Positions 18,511 through 31,872 of a DNA stretch of 64,000 nucleotides are shown piece after piece (positions within the stretch are counted from its first letter, which is position 1; each line of letters opens with the position of its first letter). The notes beneath the pieces were generated by a model that searched no databases, was not told the origin of the DNA, and saw only the letters and a program-made list of their open reading frames with translations. The position numbers were made by a program, and so were the translations under genes. The stretch is from an uncultured delta proteobacterium (GTDB taxonomy: Bacteria > Myxococcota_A > Polyangia > Polyangiales > Houyiibacteriaceae): the NCBI GenBank assembly GCA_963699755.1, contig CAVOVB010000003.1:480001-544000 (forward strand). Direction: 5' to 3'.

Positions 18511-21500
18511 TCACTCGGCCGTCAGCAGCTCGACCTCCGCATCCGAAGGCGTGATGGGCTCGGGCGGGGGCATCGTCGGCCGGCCGCGCAGGCGCGCCCC
18601 GAAGTTACTTCCGAGGCGCTGCGCATCTTCGAGGATGATGTAGGCGCAGGGCACGATGAGCAGCATGATCATCGTGGCCGCCAACACACCGAAGCCGAGC
18701 GATACGGCCATCGGTACGAGGAAGCGCGCCTGTACCGAGGTCTCGAGAATCATTGGCGCGAGGCCGAAGAACGTCGTGAGCGACGTCAATAGAATCGGAC
18801 GGAAGCGTCGAGCGGCGCCTGCGACGACCGCTTCCCAGGTGCTCATTCCGTCTTCACGGAAGCGGTTGATCGCGTCGATGAGGATCAGCGAGTCATTGAC
18901 GACGACGCCGGAGAGCGCGACCAGGCCCATCATGCTCATCAGGCTCAGCGAGAAGCCCATCACGACGTGACCCCAAACGGCGCCGACCATCCCGAACGGA
19001 ATCGCCGACATCACGAGGATCGGTTGCGTGTAGCTGCGGAACACGACCGCGAGCATCGAAAACATGACGATCAAAGCCAGGATGAAACCAAGGCCGAGGG
19101 CACCCATGGTCTCGGCCTGCCGCTCCTGCTCACCACCGAGACTGTATGAGAGGCCGGGGATGTCGGCGAGCAGCTGCGGGAGCTCGCGCTGAACGATCTG
19201 CGCGTTGATGTCGTTGGCGTTGGCGTCTTCGTCGGCGACGTCGGCGGTGACGCTGATGTTGCGGCGTCCGTCGGTCCGCTTGATGACCGTGTAGGCCTGT
19301 CCCCTCTTGACCACCGCGGCCTGCGAGAGAGGCATCTCGCCGCCCACGGGCGTGCGAATAATCAGCTCTTCCACGTTGTAGAGAGATTGCCGCTCGTCGA
19401 GGGGCAAGCGGACGTAGACCCGAACCTCGTCACGACCGCGCTGCTGACGAACGGCCTCCGCGCCAAAGAACGCGGCGCGGACCTGCCGCGCGAGCTCGAA
19501 CTCGGTCATGCCTTGCGCCAAGGCGGCGTCCGTGAGCCGGAAGTCGAGCTGATCCTTGCCTTTGGTGACGCCGCTGTCGATGTCGCGAAGGCCGCTGTAC
19601 GCGGAGATCTCGGTCGCCAGCCGCTCGGCGGCGGCTTCGAGGGTGGGCACGTCGTCGTGGATCAGCTGCACCTCGATCGGTTTGCCCGGCTCGACGCCGA
19701 CCTCGAATGAAAAGGTGAGCGAATCCGCCCCGGGGATTTCGCCGATCCCGTCGCGCCAACGCTGGACGAACCGCTGGGTGGTCAGCTCGCGGTCGCCGGC
19801 GTCGATGAGGTACATCATCACGGTGGCGTAGTGGCTTCCCTCGGTCAAAAGGGAGCCCTCCGGGCTCGCCTCGAGCGCGCTCATTGCGCCCACTTCCTCG
19901 TACAGGCCTCGGGACATCGTGGGGCCCTCGGACGCTGCGTCCTGCTCGTCGACGATCGATTGGGCGACCGCGGCGATCCCGTCGGCGATTCGCTCGGTCT
20001 CCGGGAACGGGGTGCCCACCGGCATCTTCAGGTGCGCCGTGATCAGGTCGCCCTCGACCTTGGGCAGAAAGGTGAAGGGGATCCGACCGGCCACGTATCC
20101 AAGCGTGCCGATCAAGAGCGCGACGCCCGTTGCGATGGTGAAGTAGCGCCACCGAAGCGCCCTGTTCAAGATCGGAAGGTAGGTGTGCTGGATGTGGTGC
20201 TGGAGGCGGTGCGGCATGTCGATCTTCGAGACGAGGCGCATGAACCAGAGGTAGGGCGAGAGTACGACCCTGAGCCACCAGGGCATCGTGTGCGAGAGGT
20301 GGGCCGGCAAGATGAGGAGCGATTCGACGAGGGAGATCATCAGGACCGCAATGACGACGATCGGGACGACGCGGAAGAACTTCCCCATGGGCCCAGGGAC
20401 CATGAGCATCGGCGCGAACGCCACGCAGCTGGTGAGAATCGCGAAGATCACCGGTTGGGCGACCTCTTTGGCGCCCGCGATTGCGGCTTCGAGCCGCCCC
20501 TTGCCGTCCATCCGCTGCTTGTAGATCGATTCCCCGACGACAATGGCGTCGTCGACGACCATGCCGAGCGTGATGATGAACGCAAAGAGCGAGATCATGT
20601 TGATCGAGATGTCGGTCACCGGGAAGAAGAGCAGGGAACCTGCGAACGAGATTGGAATGCCGAGCGTCACCCAAAATGCCAACCGCGCTTCGAGAAACAA
20701 TCCAAGCGTCAGAAGAACCAGGAGCAAACCGATGCGAGCATTGCGGACGAGCAGCGAGAGCCGCCCCTCGTACATCTCGGCCGTGTCGAACCAGTTCGCC
20801 GCGTAGAGGCCTTCGGGCAAGGTCTCTTGAAGCTCGGCGACGTACTCTTTGGCGGCAGCCGAGACGGTCAGCGGGGTCTCTGAACCGACGCGGAAGACGT
20901 TGATCATCACGGCCGGTTTGCCGTTGTAGGTCGCCTCTTTGTCGATTTCCCGGAAGCCGTCGCGCACGGTGGCGATGTCGCGGACGCGCACCTGCGAGCC
21001 ATCGGGTTGGCTGAGCAGAATGATGTTGCCGAACTCGTTGCCGCGGTCACGCCGCTCGGTCGTGCGCAGCAGGACTTCGCCCGCCGTCGTCTTCACGCCG
21101 CCCCCGGGGAGCTCGACCGAGGCGGCGCGGACACGCGCTGCGACCTCATCGAGGGTCAATCCGTGCTTTCGAAGCTCGGCTTGCGGAACTTCGATGCTGA
21201 TTTCGAGGGGGCGAATCCCCGAGAGCTCCACGTAGGTGATGCGCGGGTCTTGGAGCAGTGTTCGACGGCTGTTTTCTGCCACGGACCGCAGCGTGGATTC
21301 GTCGACGTCGCCATAGAGAACGATCGAGATGACCTGCTGCCGGTTCGAAAGAAGGCTGACGGTTGGGCGCTCCACGTCCTCGGGAAACGAGGTGATGCGA
21401 TCGATGGCGCTCTTTACGTCGTTGAGCGCCCGGTCTTTGTCGGTGTTGAGCAGGAGCTCGACCAAGGTGCTCGCCTGCCCCTCCATCGCTGAGGAAGTGA

Positions 21501-21777
21501 CCTTCTTGACACCATCGATGCCCCGCACCGCTTCTTCGACCGCAAGGACGACCGCTTGCTCGACTTCCGCAGGGCTCGCGCCGGGATAGATGACGCCAAT
21601 CGAGACGACATCGAGCTCGACCTCCGGAAACACTTCCTGCTTGATGCCGGACGCGAAGGTGACGATGCCTCCGACGATGAGGATCAGCATCAAGACGTTG
21701 GCCGCGACGGAGTTCTTCGCGGCCCAGGCGATGACACCGCGCTCCTTGTCTGGATCGAAGTGGTTGGCGTCGGTCAT
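18511..21777 (-). CDS. RND efflux permease (AcrB/AcrD/AcrF family)
   Basis: 1088 aa; 'GMVVDDAIVVGE', 'GVVVNDSLILID', 'RRFRPILLTSLTTFFGLAP'. Confidence 0.95.
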   Translation of the reverse strand: MTDANHFDPDKERGVIAWAAKNSVAANVLMLILIVGGIVTFASGIKQEVFPEVELDVVSIGVIYPGASPAEVEQAVVLAVEEAVRGIDGVKKVTSSAMEGQASTLVELLLNTDKDRALNDVKSAIDRITSFPEDVERPTVSLLSNRQQVISIVLYGDVDESTLRSVAENSRRTLLQDPRITYVELSGIRPLEISIEVPQAELRKHGLTLDEVAARVRAASVELPGGGVKTTAGEVLLRTTERRDRGNEFGNIILLSQPDGSQVRVRDIATVRDGFREIDKEATYNGKPAVMINVFRVGSETPLTVSAAAKEYVAELQETLPEGLYAANWFDTAEMYEGRLSLLVRNARIGLLLVLLTLGLFLEARLAFWVTLGIPISFAGSLLFFPVTDISINMISLFAFIITLGMVVDDAIVVGESIYKQRMDGKGRLEAAIAGAKEVAQPVIFAILTSCVAFAPMLMVPGPMGKFFRVVPIVVIAVLMISLVESLLILPAHLSHTMPWWLRVVLSPYLWFMRLVSKIDMPHRLQHHIQHTYLPILNRALRWRYFTIATGVALLIGTLGYVAGRIPFTFLPKVEGDLITAHLKMPVGTPFPETERIADGIAAVAQSIVDEQDAASEGPTMSRGLYEEVGAMSALEASPEGSLLTEGSHYATVMMYLIDAGDRELTTQRFVQRWRDGIGEIPGADSLTFSFEVGVEPGKPIEVQLIHDDVPTLEAAAERLATEISAYSGLRDIDSGVTKGKDQLDFRLTDAALAQGMTEFELARQVRAAFFGAEAVRQQRGRDEVRVYVRLPLDERQSLYNVEELIIRTPVGGEMPLSQAAVVKRGQAYTVIKRTDGRRNISVTADVADEDANANDINAQIVQRELPQLLADIPGLSYSLGGEQERQAETMGALGLGFILALIVMFSMLAVVFRSYTQPILVMSAIPFGMVGAVWGHVVMGFSLSLMSMMGLVALSGVVVNDSLILIDAINRFREDGMSTWEAVVAGAARRFRPILLTSLTTFFGLAPMILETSVQARFLVPMAVSLGFGVLAATMIMLLIVPCAYIILEDAQRLGSNFGARLRGRPTMPPPEPITPSDAEVELLTAE

Positions 21778-22988
21778 GGGGTGACTCGGGCAGCGGGCAT
21801 GCTCGGCTTGCTGGGCGCAGCCTTGGGGTTCTCCGCCAGTGTTCGCAGGAGCATGTTGGGCACCGGGGTGGGGATACGGCTGGTGACGACGCGCTCGTTG
21901 GCTTCCAAGCCGTCGGTGACGAGCACCGCGTCCGGTTCGGTCCAGGCGATTTGAACGTCGCGAATCTCGAGCTCGTCTTGGTCGTTCATCACGTACACGC
22001 TTCGCCCGTTTCTCAGCGCGACCCGAGGGACGCGGATGGCGTCGTCGATCGGTTGCGCGCCAACCTCGACGTCCACGAACGAGCCCAGCAGCAAGGGCAG
22101 GTCACCGGGCTTCCCGAGGGGGTCTTCGATGCGGACCAGGATGCGCGCCATCGCCCCGCCTGGATCGAGGTCGGGAAGCTGCCGGATCACTTCGCCTCTA
22201 CGTACGATGGTCTCTTGGCCGACGCGCTGGATGATCTTCGTTTCGGAGCCAGGGGTGTCGTCCAGGCGGGCTCGGACGGTTCGCAAAGCCGCGACCGGGA
22301 CCGACACCTGCACGTGGTACTCGTCGGTGCCAACCAGCCGCGCGACCGTGGACTGCGGGCTGATGAGTTGGCCGGTGTCGACACTCTCGGCGACCACCAT
22401 CGCGTTGAACGGCGCGCGAAGGATGGTGCGCGTCAAATCGAGCTCTGCCTTTTTGAGCGCGCTCTGTGCGGCCTTGAGCGCCAGCCTGGTCGATTCGAGC
22501 TGCGGCTCCCGCTGGGCAAGGGCGCGCTGCTCCTCGGAGACATCCATCTCGCCAAAAGAGCTCCACTCGCGCTTGGCCACTTCACCACGACGCCTCTCGA
22601 GCGCGAGGTCGAGCTTGGCGCGGTTGACCTGGGAGCGATAGGACTCGGCCGCGAGCTCGTAGTCGCGTGGGTCGATCTTGACGATGGGCTGTCCTTCCTT
22701 GAACCGACCTCCTGCGACGAGCTCGGGGCTCTGCCAGACGACGCGCCCGCCGAGCTCCGGCTGAAGCACGATTTCTCGGGCGGGCACGACGGTGCCCTTG
22801 GCGTGAAGGTCGACTTCGTGCCGCCCGCTGCTGATCTGAATCACATCCACCAGGGTGCCTTCGAGCACCTTCTCGGCGCGCGGAGGCTCCGGCTTGGTGA
22901 TCACCAGAACATATGCCGCTATAGCCGCGGCGACGAGCACGCCGATCGACAGAGTCCATTTCAGGCGCCGCTCGCTTCGCTTACCCAT
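21774..22988 (-). CDS. RND efflux periplasmic adaptor (MFP)
   Basis: N-terminal TM anchor, lipoyl-type 'GGRV...GQPIVKIDPRDY', 'LTRTILRAPFN'; lies between OM factor and permease. Confidence 0.92.
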   Translation of the reverse strand: MGKRSERRLKWTLSIGVLVAAAIAAYVLVITKPEPPRAEKVLEGTLVDVIQISSGRHEVDLHAKGTVVPAREIVLQPELGGRVVWQSPELVAGGRFKEGQPIVKIDPRDYELAAESYRSQVNRAKLDLALERRRGEVAKREWSSFGEMDVSEEQRALAQREPQLESTRLALKAAQSALKKAELDLTRTILRAPFNAMVVAESVDTGQLISPQSTVARLVGTDEYHVQVSVPVAALRTVRARLDDTPGSETKIIQRVGQETIVRRGEVIRQLPDLDPGGAMARILVRIEDPLGKPGDLPLLLGSFVDVEVGAQPIDDAIRVPRVALRNGRSVYVMNDQDELEIRDVQIAWTEPDAVLVTDGLEANERVVTSRIPTPVPNMLLRTLAENPKAAPSKPSMPAARVTP

Positions 22989-24483
22989 CTTCGGGCTCTC
23001 CAAATTCTTCCGGCCATGCGCCACCAAGCGCTCGATAGAGCTGGACGCGATAGGAAACCAGTTGTCGGCGCGCCGCGACGAGCTGAAGCTCGGAGATCTG
23101 CCGGGTCGCGAGCGCCGTCAGGACGGGCAGGAAGTCGCTGAGGCCGGCTCGGTAGCGATCGCGGGTGGCTTCGAGCGTGATGTTCGCCAAGCGGAACTCC
23201 TCTTCGAGGAACTGAATGCGGAGGCGCTCTTGACGCTCGAGGACGAGCGAGCTCTCGACTTCGATCAAGCCGGTGAGAATCGTCTCGGCGTACAGCTCCA
23301 AGGCCTGGTCCACCAGGGCGCGCTGCGCACCGATCTGCGATCTGCCGGCGATGCCGTCGAACAGCGGCACGGCGAAGCTTGCGCCCGCGTTCCAGGTGAA
23401 GCCTTTGGCCGTGATTGCAGGCGTTGTTTCACCTGGGGCACCGCCGAAAGCGCCTGTGGAGGTGATCTTGGATCTGAGCCAGGTGTAGGAGGGGGTGAAA
23501 TCGATGACAACCTGGGGGAGCCGCGCGCCAATTGCGGCGGCGACCCGGCGATCCTGCGCTTCGACTCGCTTCTGGACAGCGCGGATGTCCGGGCGGGCAT
23601 TCAGCAACGAGGCGGGGACCTCAATGGTCGGCGTCGGACCGATCTCGGGCAGTGTTTTGCCGTCCACGGGAAACTCGCGACCAGGAGCCTCGCCCAAGAG
23701 CACCGAAAGCCGTTGATCGGTGAGCTCAGTCAAGGAATCCGCCACGGTAAGGAGCGCGCGTTGGCTGGCCACGCGCTGCCGTTGTTGGTGCACGTCGACC
23801 GCGGAGTTGAGACCCTCTCGGTAGCGAAGCTCGACCAGCTCGAGGAACTTCAGGTCCGTGTTCAGCTGCTCGGTGACCACGGCGTTTTCGATCCGCGCGT
23901 TGATCGAATCAAACCAGGCCTCGGCCACTTCGGCCGAAATAGCGATCGCGAGGGCCTCTTGATCGAGGCGGGCGGCCTCCGCGTCGAGCTTGGCCCCTTG
24001 GTGCTCTCGCGCGCGGCGCGCGAAGAGATCGACCTCGTACGATACCGGGAGCGACCCACTCGCGTCTAGCGATGTCGTCTCAGCGAACGGCGTAATGTTC
24101 TTGGCCGCGTTGAACGAGCCAACCGCGCCGATCTGAGGCATGCGCGCGGCGCGAACCTGGTTGGCGACGTACTTCGCTTGCTGCACCCTCGCCCAGCCGG
24201 CACGTACGCTCTGGTTTCGGCGAAGCGCTTCTTCGACGAGCGCCGTCAGCGTAGGGTCACCCATCTGCCGCCACCAGCGCACATCGCGGATGACCTCGGC
24301 CTTGGTCGTCGTCTCCATCTTGGGCAGGGCTTCAGTGTCCGGCTCCGAAGCCGGAGGGACCTCGGCTCCCTCCGTGTACCTGTCTGGTACGTCGAGGGGG
24401 GGCGGAATGTCGGTCTGCTTCTTGTAGTTGCAGCCCGCAGCTAGCGTTGACGCCGACAAGATCAGAATCAGAGCACGCATCAT
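22981..24483 (-). CDS. outer-membrane efflux lipoprotein (TolC/OprM family)
   Basis: Lipobox LAAGC, 'WWRQMGDPTLTALV', 'LLNARPDIRA', 'QLYRALGG'. Confidence 0.93.
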   Translation of the reverse strand: MMRALILILSASTLAAGCNYKKQTDIPPPLDVPDRYTEGAEVPPASEPDTEALPKMETTTKAEVIRDVRWWRQMGDPTLTALVEEALRRNQSVRAGWARVQQAKYVANQVRAARMPQIGAVGSFNAAKNITPFAETTSLDASGSLPVSYEVDLFARRAREHQGAKLDAEAARLDQEALAIAISAEVAEAWFDSINARIENAVVTEQLNTDLKFLELVELRYREGLNSAVDVHQQRQRVASQRALLTVADSLTELTDQRLSVLLGEAPGREFPVDGKTLPEIGPTPTIEVPASLLNARPDIRAVQKRVEAQDRRVAAAIGARLPQVVIDFTPSYTWLRSKITSTGAFGGAPGETTPAITAKGFTWNAGASFAVPLFDGIAGRSQIGAQRALVDQALELYAETILTGLIEVESSLVLERQERLRIQFLEEEFRLANITLEATRDRYRAGLSDFLPVLTALATRQISELQLVAARRQLVSYRVQLYRALGGAWPEEFGEPEDG

Positions 24484-25130
24484 GAAGTTCCTTCACTCGA
24501 AAGGGCCCGCACCATCGCGTCCAGGTGTAGAGGCACCAGCTCATCTAAATCTACGGGAGCGGGAATTCGCTGCGCCATTGCTTCTTTGTTGAGCCCGACC
24601 AAGATGATGCCCAAGAAGCTTGTCCAAAGCTGCATGGCTTGTGGCAGCGGGGCGATGTCTGCTCGGACGCTTCCGTCGGCCTGGCCGCGTTGAAGCGATG
24701 CGACCACGAGCGACAGGAGCTGTCCGACCCGCCCGCGGTAAGTCTGAAACGCCTCGGTCGAATCATCCATGCGCTCGCCCGCGCTGAGCCACGCGAGCGC
24801 GAAGCGGAAGTGGTGTGGGTTCGCTTGGGTGTGCTCATAATAGGCCTGGAAGAGGGCAAGGACGGCATCGAGACCCGTCTCGGAATTGCTGACTGCGTTT
24901 TCGATGAATGGAGTGAAAGCGTCGATCAGCCGAGTGGCCACCGCAGCGCAAAGGGCGTCTTTATTCTCGAAGTAGAGATACAGCGTCCCCTTGCTGAGCT
25001 CCGCCGCATCGGCAACGGCATCCATCCGAACTCCGAAGTACCCCTCCGCCGCGATGAGCTCCTGCGCCGCATCGAGAATCGCCTCCCGACGAGCCGTTCG
25101 CTCCCGCTCCCTGCGTGCCGCTACAGCCAA
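24480..25130 (-). CDS. TetR/AcrR family regulator
   Basis: 'REAILDAAQELI', HTH 'MDAVADAAELSKGTLYLYFENKDAL'; first gene of the efflux operon. Confidence 0.93.
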   Translation of the reverse strand: MAVAARRERERTARREAILDAAQELIAAEGYFGVRMDAVADAAELSKGTLYLYFENKDALCAAVATRLIDAFTPFIENAVSNSETGLDAVLALFQAYYEHTQANPHHFRFALAWLSAGERMDDSTEAFQTYRGRVGQLLSLVVASLQRGQADGSVRADIAPLPQAMQLWTSFLGIILVGLNKEAMAQRIPAPVDLDELVPLHLDAMVRALSSEGTS

Positions 25131-25147
25131 TCCCTGCTCTCCAGTGA

Positions 25148-25270
25148 GCTGACCGACAGTCAGTCACTGACTACTGGTTAGCAAATCTAGGGCCGCAAGT
25201 CGCAGCTTCCAGTGGAAAAATGCTTCAAGGGCTTGGTTCTTTGGAGCCAATAAGTGACTAGAAAGTCACT
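25148..25270. promoter_or_regulatory. candidate TetR operators (TGAC-N5/6-GTCA palindromes)
   Basis: TGACcgacaGTCA and TGACtactgGTTA around AGTCAGT-c-ACTGACT (~25150-25180), plus AGTGACT-agaa-AGTCACT (25253-25270), upstream of tetR. Confidence 0.6.
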
Positions 25271-25301
25271 CTAAGACCAGCCCTCCCCGCCGGGGGAGAA
25301 G

Positions 25302-25335
25302 CCCCGTGGAGACACAGCGCGTCGTCTCTACGGGG
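25302..25335 (-). terminator. hairpin immediately 3' of tRNA-Val
   Basis: CCCCGTGGAGAC...GTCTCTACGGGG inverted repeat (11 of 12 positions complementary); short U-tract. Confidence 0.5.
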
Positions 25336-25408
25336 TGGGAGATCTCGGATTCGAACCGAGGACCGTCGCCGTGTAAAGACGCTGCGCTAACCACTGCGCC
25401 AATCTCCC
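25336..25408 (-). tRNA. tRNA-Val (TAC), CCA not encoded
   Basis: Acceptor GGGAGAT/ATCTCCC, D-arm GCGC-AGTGGTTA-GCGC, anticodon loop TTTACAC, T-loop GGTTCGAATCC. Confidence 0.93.
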
Positions 25409-25482
25409 CAATCTTGTCGAAGAGCGAGCTTTTAGCACGCCTGGCAAAGATCGCAGCGATTTAGAGAGGTGGCCGCGGTCCG

Positions 25483-27987
<2,505 letters not shown>

Positions 27988-28035
27988 CAGTCTACTCTGC
28001 TCCGCACGCGGCGGGGATGGATGGAGGGGGCCGCA

Positions 28036-29295
28036 CTAGGCGAGCTCCGCCTCTTCCTTTTCGTAGACGATCAGCGGCTTCTCGCCGGAGACGATGACTT
28101 CCTCGCTGACGGCGACCTCGCGGATGTCTGCCTGGGAAGGGACTTCGTACATGATGTCGAGCATCGACTTCTCCATGATGGCGCGAAGGCCTCGAGCGCC
28201 GGCGTTTCTCTTCAGAGCCTCGCGTGCGACGGCATGGAGCGCACCCTGAGCGAACTTGAGCTTGACACCGTCCATCTCGAAGAGCTTCTGGTACTGCTTG
28301 ACCAGGGCGTTCTTGGGCTTGGTCAGGATGTCCACCAGCGCTTCTTCATTGAGCTCGTGCAAGGTAGCGATGACCGGCAAACGACCGATGAATTCGGGAA
28401 TCAGCCCTGCCCGCAGCAAGTCCTCGGGCTCGACGCGCTCCAGAAGCTCGCCGATTTTTTTGTCCTTGCGCGATGGAATGTCCGCGCCGAAGCCTAGCTT
28501 TCGCTCGCCGATGCGCCGCTCGATGACGTCGTCGAGGCCGACGAAGGCGCCACCGCAAATGAACAGGATGTTTCCCGTATCGATTTGGAGGAAGTCTTGT
28601 TGCGGGTGCTTACGTCCACCCTTTGGAGGCACGTTGGCGACAGTGCCTTCTATGATCTTCAACAGAGCTTGCTGCACGCCTTCGCCGCTGACGTCGCGGG
28701 TGATCGACGGATTGTCGCCCTTGCGTGCAATCTTGTCGATCTCATCGATGTACACGATGCCGCGCTGCGCGCGTTCGACGTCGTGGTCGGCGTTTTGCAG
28801 AAGCTGGACGATGATGTTCTCGACATCTTCCCCTACGTAGCCGGCTTCGGTCAGAGTCGTCGCGTCGGCAATCGCAAACGGCACGTTCAGAATCCGCGCG
28901 AGCGTCTGGGCGAGGAGGGTTTTGCCCGAACCGGTCGGACCAAGCAAAAGGATGTTGGACTTCTGAAGCTCGACATCATCGGAGTTGATTTTCGAATCGA
29001 TGCGCTTGTAGTGATTGTGGACCGCAACCGAGAGGATCTTCTTCGCGCGCTCTTGCCCAATGACATACTCATCGAGGATGTCTTTGATCTCGGCGGGCTT
29101 TGGAAGGGGCGTCGAGGTCGTGAGTGATTCCTCGCGCTCAACCTCCTCTGCGATGATGTCGTTACAGAGCCCGATGCATTCGTCACAAATGTAGACCGTC
29201 GGCCCCGCGATGAGCTTCTTCACTTCTTTCTGAGACTTCCCACAGAAGGAGCATTGAAGATTGCCGTGCCCATCATCTCGTCTGCGATCCACCAT
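28036..29295 (-). CDS. clpX: ClpX ATPase
   Basis: Zn finger 'CSFCGK...ICDEC', 'GPTGSGKT', '[14 protein letters not shown]'. Confidence 0.99.
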   Translation of the reverse strand: MVDRRRDDGHGNLQCSFCGKSQKEVKKLIAGPTVYICDECIGLCNDIIAEEVEREESLTTSTPLPKPAEIKDILDEYVIGQERAKKILSVAVHNHYKRIDSKINSDDVELQKSNILLLGPTGSGKTLLAQTLARILNVPFAIADATTLTEAGYVGEDVENIIVQLLQNADHDVERAQRGIVYIDEIDKIARKGDNPSITRDVSGEGVQQALLKIIEGTVANVPPKGGRKHPQQDFLQIDTGNILFICGGAFVGLDDVIERRIGERKLGFGADIPSRKDKKIGELLERVEPEDLLRAGLIPEFIGRLPVIATLHELNEEALVDILTKPKNALVKQYQKLFEMDGVKLKFAQGALHAVAREALKRNAGARGLRAIMEKSMLDIMYEVPSQADIREVAVSEEVIVSGEKPLIVYEKEEAELA

Positions 29296-29377
29296 ATACC
29301 TGCTTCGGAGAGTCTAGCCTCCTGCCTCTTTCACGGCAAGGACTAGACCGCGCGCGTTCGCAGTGTTTTCCGAGGTC

Positions 29378-29989
29378 TTAGACTTCGAGCTTCGGCTTGA
29401 TCACCTCGTCGATGAGCCCGTACTCTTTGGCCTCTTCGGCGGACAGATAGCGATCGCGTTCGGTGTCTTCCTTAATACGCTCGGTGGTCTGGCCTGTATG
29501 CTTGGCCAGGATCGTGTTCATTTGTTCACGAAGTTTCAGAATCTCTCGCGCATGGATTTCGATGTCGGTCGCCTGACCGCGAATCCCACCGAGCGGCTGA
29601 TGAATCATGATGCGGCTATTGGGTAGGCACTTGCGCAATCCAGTCGTGCCAGAGGCGAGAATCCAGGCAGCCATCGATGCGGCCTGGCCCAGGCAGACCG
29701 TCGAGACCGGTGATCGAACGTACTGCATCGTGTCGTAAATCGCGAGCCCCGCTGTAATCGAGCCACCGGGGCTGTTGATGTACAAGGTGATCTCCTTGTC
29801 GGGGTCGTCGCTCTCCAAGAAGAGCATTTGGGCGATGATCCCGTTGGCGACGTCGTCGTTGACCTCGGTCCCGAGAAAGATGATCCGATCCTTGAGCAGG
29901 CGGCTGAAGATGTCCCATTGGCGTTCGCCGCGATGTGTCGTCTCCACGACCCAAGGCATGTACATCTGTGCGGTCGTCGGCTCGCTCAT
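29378..29989 (-). CDS. clpP: ClpP proteolytic subunit
   Basis: '[15 protein letters not shown]', 'YINSPGG', 'GQAASM', 'IMIHQP'. Confidence 0.99.
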   Translation of the reverse strand: MSEPTTAQMYMPWVVETTHRGERQWDIFSRLLKDRIIFLGTEVNDDVANGIIAQMLFLESDDPDKEITLYINSPGGSITAGLAIYDTMQYVRSPVSTVCLGQAASMAAWILASGTTGLRKCLPNSRIMIHQPLGGIRGQATDIEIHAREILKLREQMNTILAKHTGQTTERIKEDTERDRYLSAEEAKEYGLIDEVIKPKLEV

Positions 29990-31332
29990 TGCTCCTCCCC
30001 TTCGTCTTCTTCAGTCGGCTCGGCCTTTTCGATTTCAGGCGCGACTTCGGGCTCGGGTCGCTCCCCTTCGATGATTTTGGCACGCTTGGTGAGGAGCGCC
30101 ATCACCTTCTCTTCGAGGAGCTGGGATTCGAGCTGGTCGCGCTGGGCTTCTTGAAAGTCTGCGCGGACTTTGGCGATGTGCTTCCCGGTCCGCTCGGCGA
30201 TCTCCTCGAACTTCGCATCCAGGTCGGCCTCGGTGACCTCGATGCCTTCCTGACGGGCCAGCGACCCGAGCAGGATGCCCGCTTGCACGCGGCGGCGTGC
30301 ACGCTCTTCGATCCCCGAGAAAAAGTCCGCGCCTGGGGCGCCTTGCTGCCCAGCCATCTGCATGAACTGAGCCATTTCGTACATCATCATCTGCTGCTGC
30401 TGCTGCACCATCGACGGCGGAACCGGAATCTCGTTGTGTTCGATCAAGCTGTCGATGAGCTGGTCCTTGAGGCGGGCTTCGCTTTGCTGCTTGGCGTTGT
30501 TCTCGAGTCCCTCTCGAATCTTGAGGCGTAGCTCGAGCAGTGTTTCGTAGTCGCCGCAGTCTTTGGCGAACTCGTCATCGAGCTCGGGCAGGAGCTTTTC
30601 GTGAAGCTGCTTGGCCTTGATAGCGAACTGGGCGGTCTTGCCCCGGAGGTCCGGGTTTGGGTGGTCTTCCTCGAACGCGACGTCAATGGTCTTCTCTTGG
30701 TCGGGCAGCATTCCGACAAGCCCATCTTTGAGGGCAGGCAGAAGGTGCTCGTCGTTGATCTCGACCTGGCGGTCTTTTGCGCCGAGCTCGTCTTTCGTCT
30801 CGTCGTCGACCGAGACTGAATAGTCGATGGTGATCAGGTCGCCTTCCCTCGCCCCGCGCATCGGGTCGGGGGTTTGAATGGCCGCGTGCTGGTTGCGGAG
30901 CCCTTCTACTTCGGCGTCGATGTCTTGGTTCGGAATCTCGATCGGCGACCGCCAGGCTTCGAGCTCATCGATCGCGACCTTGTCGATCTTCGGTCGGACC
31001 TCGACCTTTGCCTTGAACGTGAGCGGCTTGCCCTTCTCGAGCTCCGGCGCCTCGTCCATCTGAGGCTGGGCCACGATGTGGAGCTCGTGCTCCTGTACCG
31101 CATGCATCAAACCCTGCTCGACCAAGGTGCCGGTCACCTGAGCAGCGGCCTCGCGGCCGTACATCTGCTTGAGCACATCCCTCGGCACCTTGCCCGGACG
31201 GAAGCCGCGAACGCGGGCGGTCTTGCCGATCTCTTTGTAGGTGTCATTGAGGTCCTTCTGGACGCGGTCCCACGGCACTTCGACCGTGACCTCCACAAGG
31301 ACGGGGCTGATCTCACGAATTTCAGATTGCAT
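29986..31332 (-). CDS. tig: trigger factor
   Basis: Ribosome-binding 'GFRPGKVP', FKBP-like middle, 'PELDDEFAK'; tig-clpP-clpX-lon order; ATG at 31332. Confidence 0.96.
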   Translation of the reverse strand: MQSEIREISPVLVEVTVEVPWDRVQKDLNDTYKEIGKTARVRGFRPGKVPRDVLKQMYGREAAAQVTGTLVEQGLMHAVQEHELHIVAQPQMDEAPELEKGKPLTFKAKVEVRPKIDKVAIDELEAWRSPIEIPNQDIDAEVEGLRNQHAAIQTPDPMRGAREGDLITIDYSVSVDDETKDELGAKDRQVEINDEHLLPALKDGLVGMLPDQEKTIDVAFEEDHPNPDLRGKTAQFAIKAKQLHEKLLPELDDEFAKDCGDYETLLELRLKIREGLENNAKQQSEARLKDQLIDSLIEHNEIPVPPSMVQQQQQMMMYEMAQFMQMAGQQGAPGADFFSGIEERARRRVQAGILLGSLARQEGIEVTEADLDAKFEEIAERTGKHIAKVRADFQEAQRDQLESQLLEEKVMALLTKRAKIIEGERPEPEVAPEIEKAEPTEEDEGEEQ

Positions 31333-31385
31333 TGGGTTTTTGGCGGCTAGACAGGCGCGGTTCGTACAGCCGCGGCGCAGAGCCG

Positions 31386-31835
31386 TCAAGGTGCAGGCGC
31401 AGAGGCGGCTTTCTCGCGGTGGAGCTCCACCAGCTCGATGCCGAGGGCCTGTGACACCTCGAATATGCGCTCGTCTCGGTAGAACTCTTCGAAGATGATC
31501 CGCTTGATCCCGACGTTGCAGATCGCCTTGAAGCAGTTCCAGCATGGGGACGCGGTGACGTAGATCGCGGCGCCGTCGATGCGAGAGCCGTTTTTGGCGG
31601 CCTGGATAATCGCGTTGACCTCCGCGTGGATGGTCCGCACACAGTGGCCGTCGACCATCATGTGGCCGACCTCATCGCAATGGGGCAGGCCACGGACCGA
31701 GCCGTTGTAGCCGGTGGAAAGGATTGTCTTGTCGCGGACGATGACCGAGCCGACGTGCTTGCGGGGGCAGGTCGAACGCCTGGCCACCACCACCGCGATA
31801 TCCATGAAGTATTCGTCCCAGGAGGCGCGTCCCAT
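31386..31835 (-). CDS. dCMP deaminase / ComEB family
   Basis: 'WDEYFM', 'RSTC', 'TGYNG', 'HAEVNAI', 'PCWNC'. Confidence 0.93.
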   Translation of the reverse strand: MGRASWDEYFMDIAVVVARRSTCPRKHVGSVIVRDKTILSTGYNGSVRGLPHCDEVGHMMVDGHCVRTIHAEVNAIIQAAKNGSRIDGAAIYVTASPCWNCFKAICNVGIKRIIFEEFYRDERIFEVSQALGIELVELHREKAASAPAP

Positions 31836-31872
31836 CGGCCGTTCCTAGCTTGGGGCGTCCCGAGCGACAACC

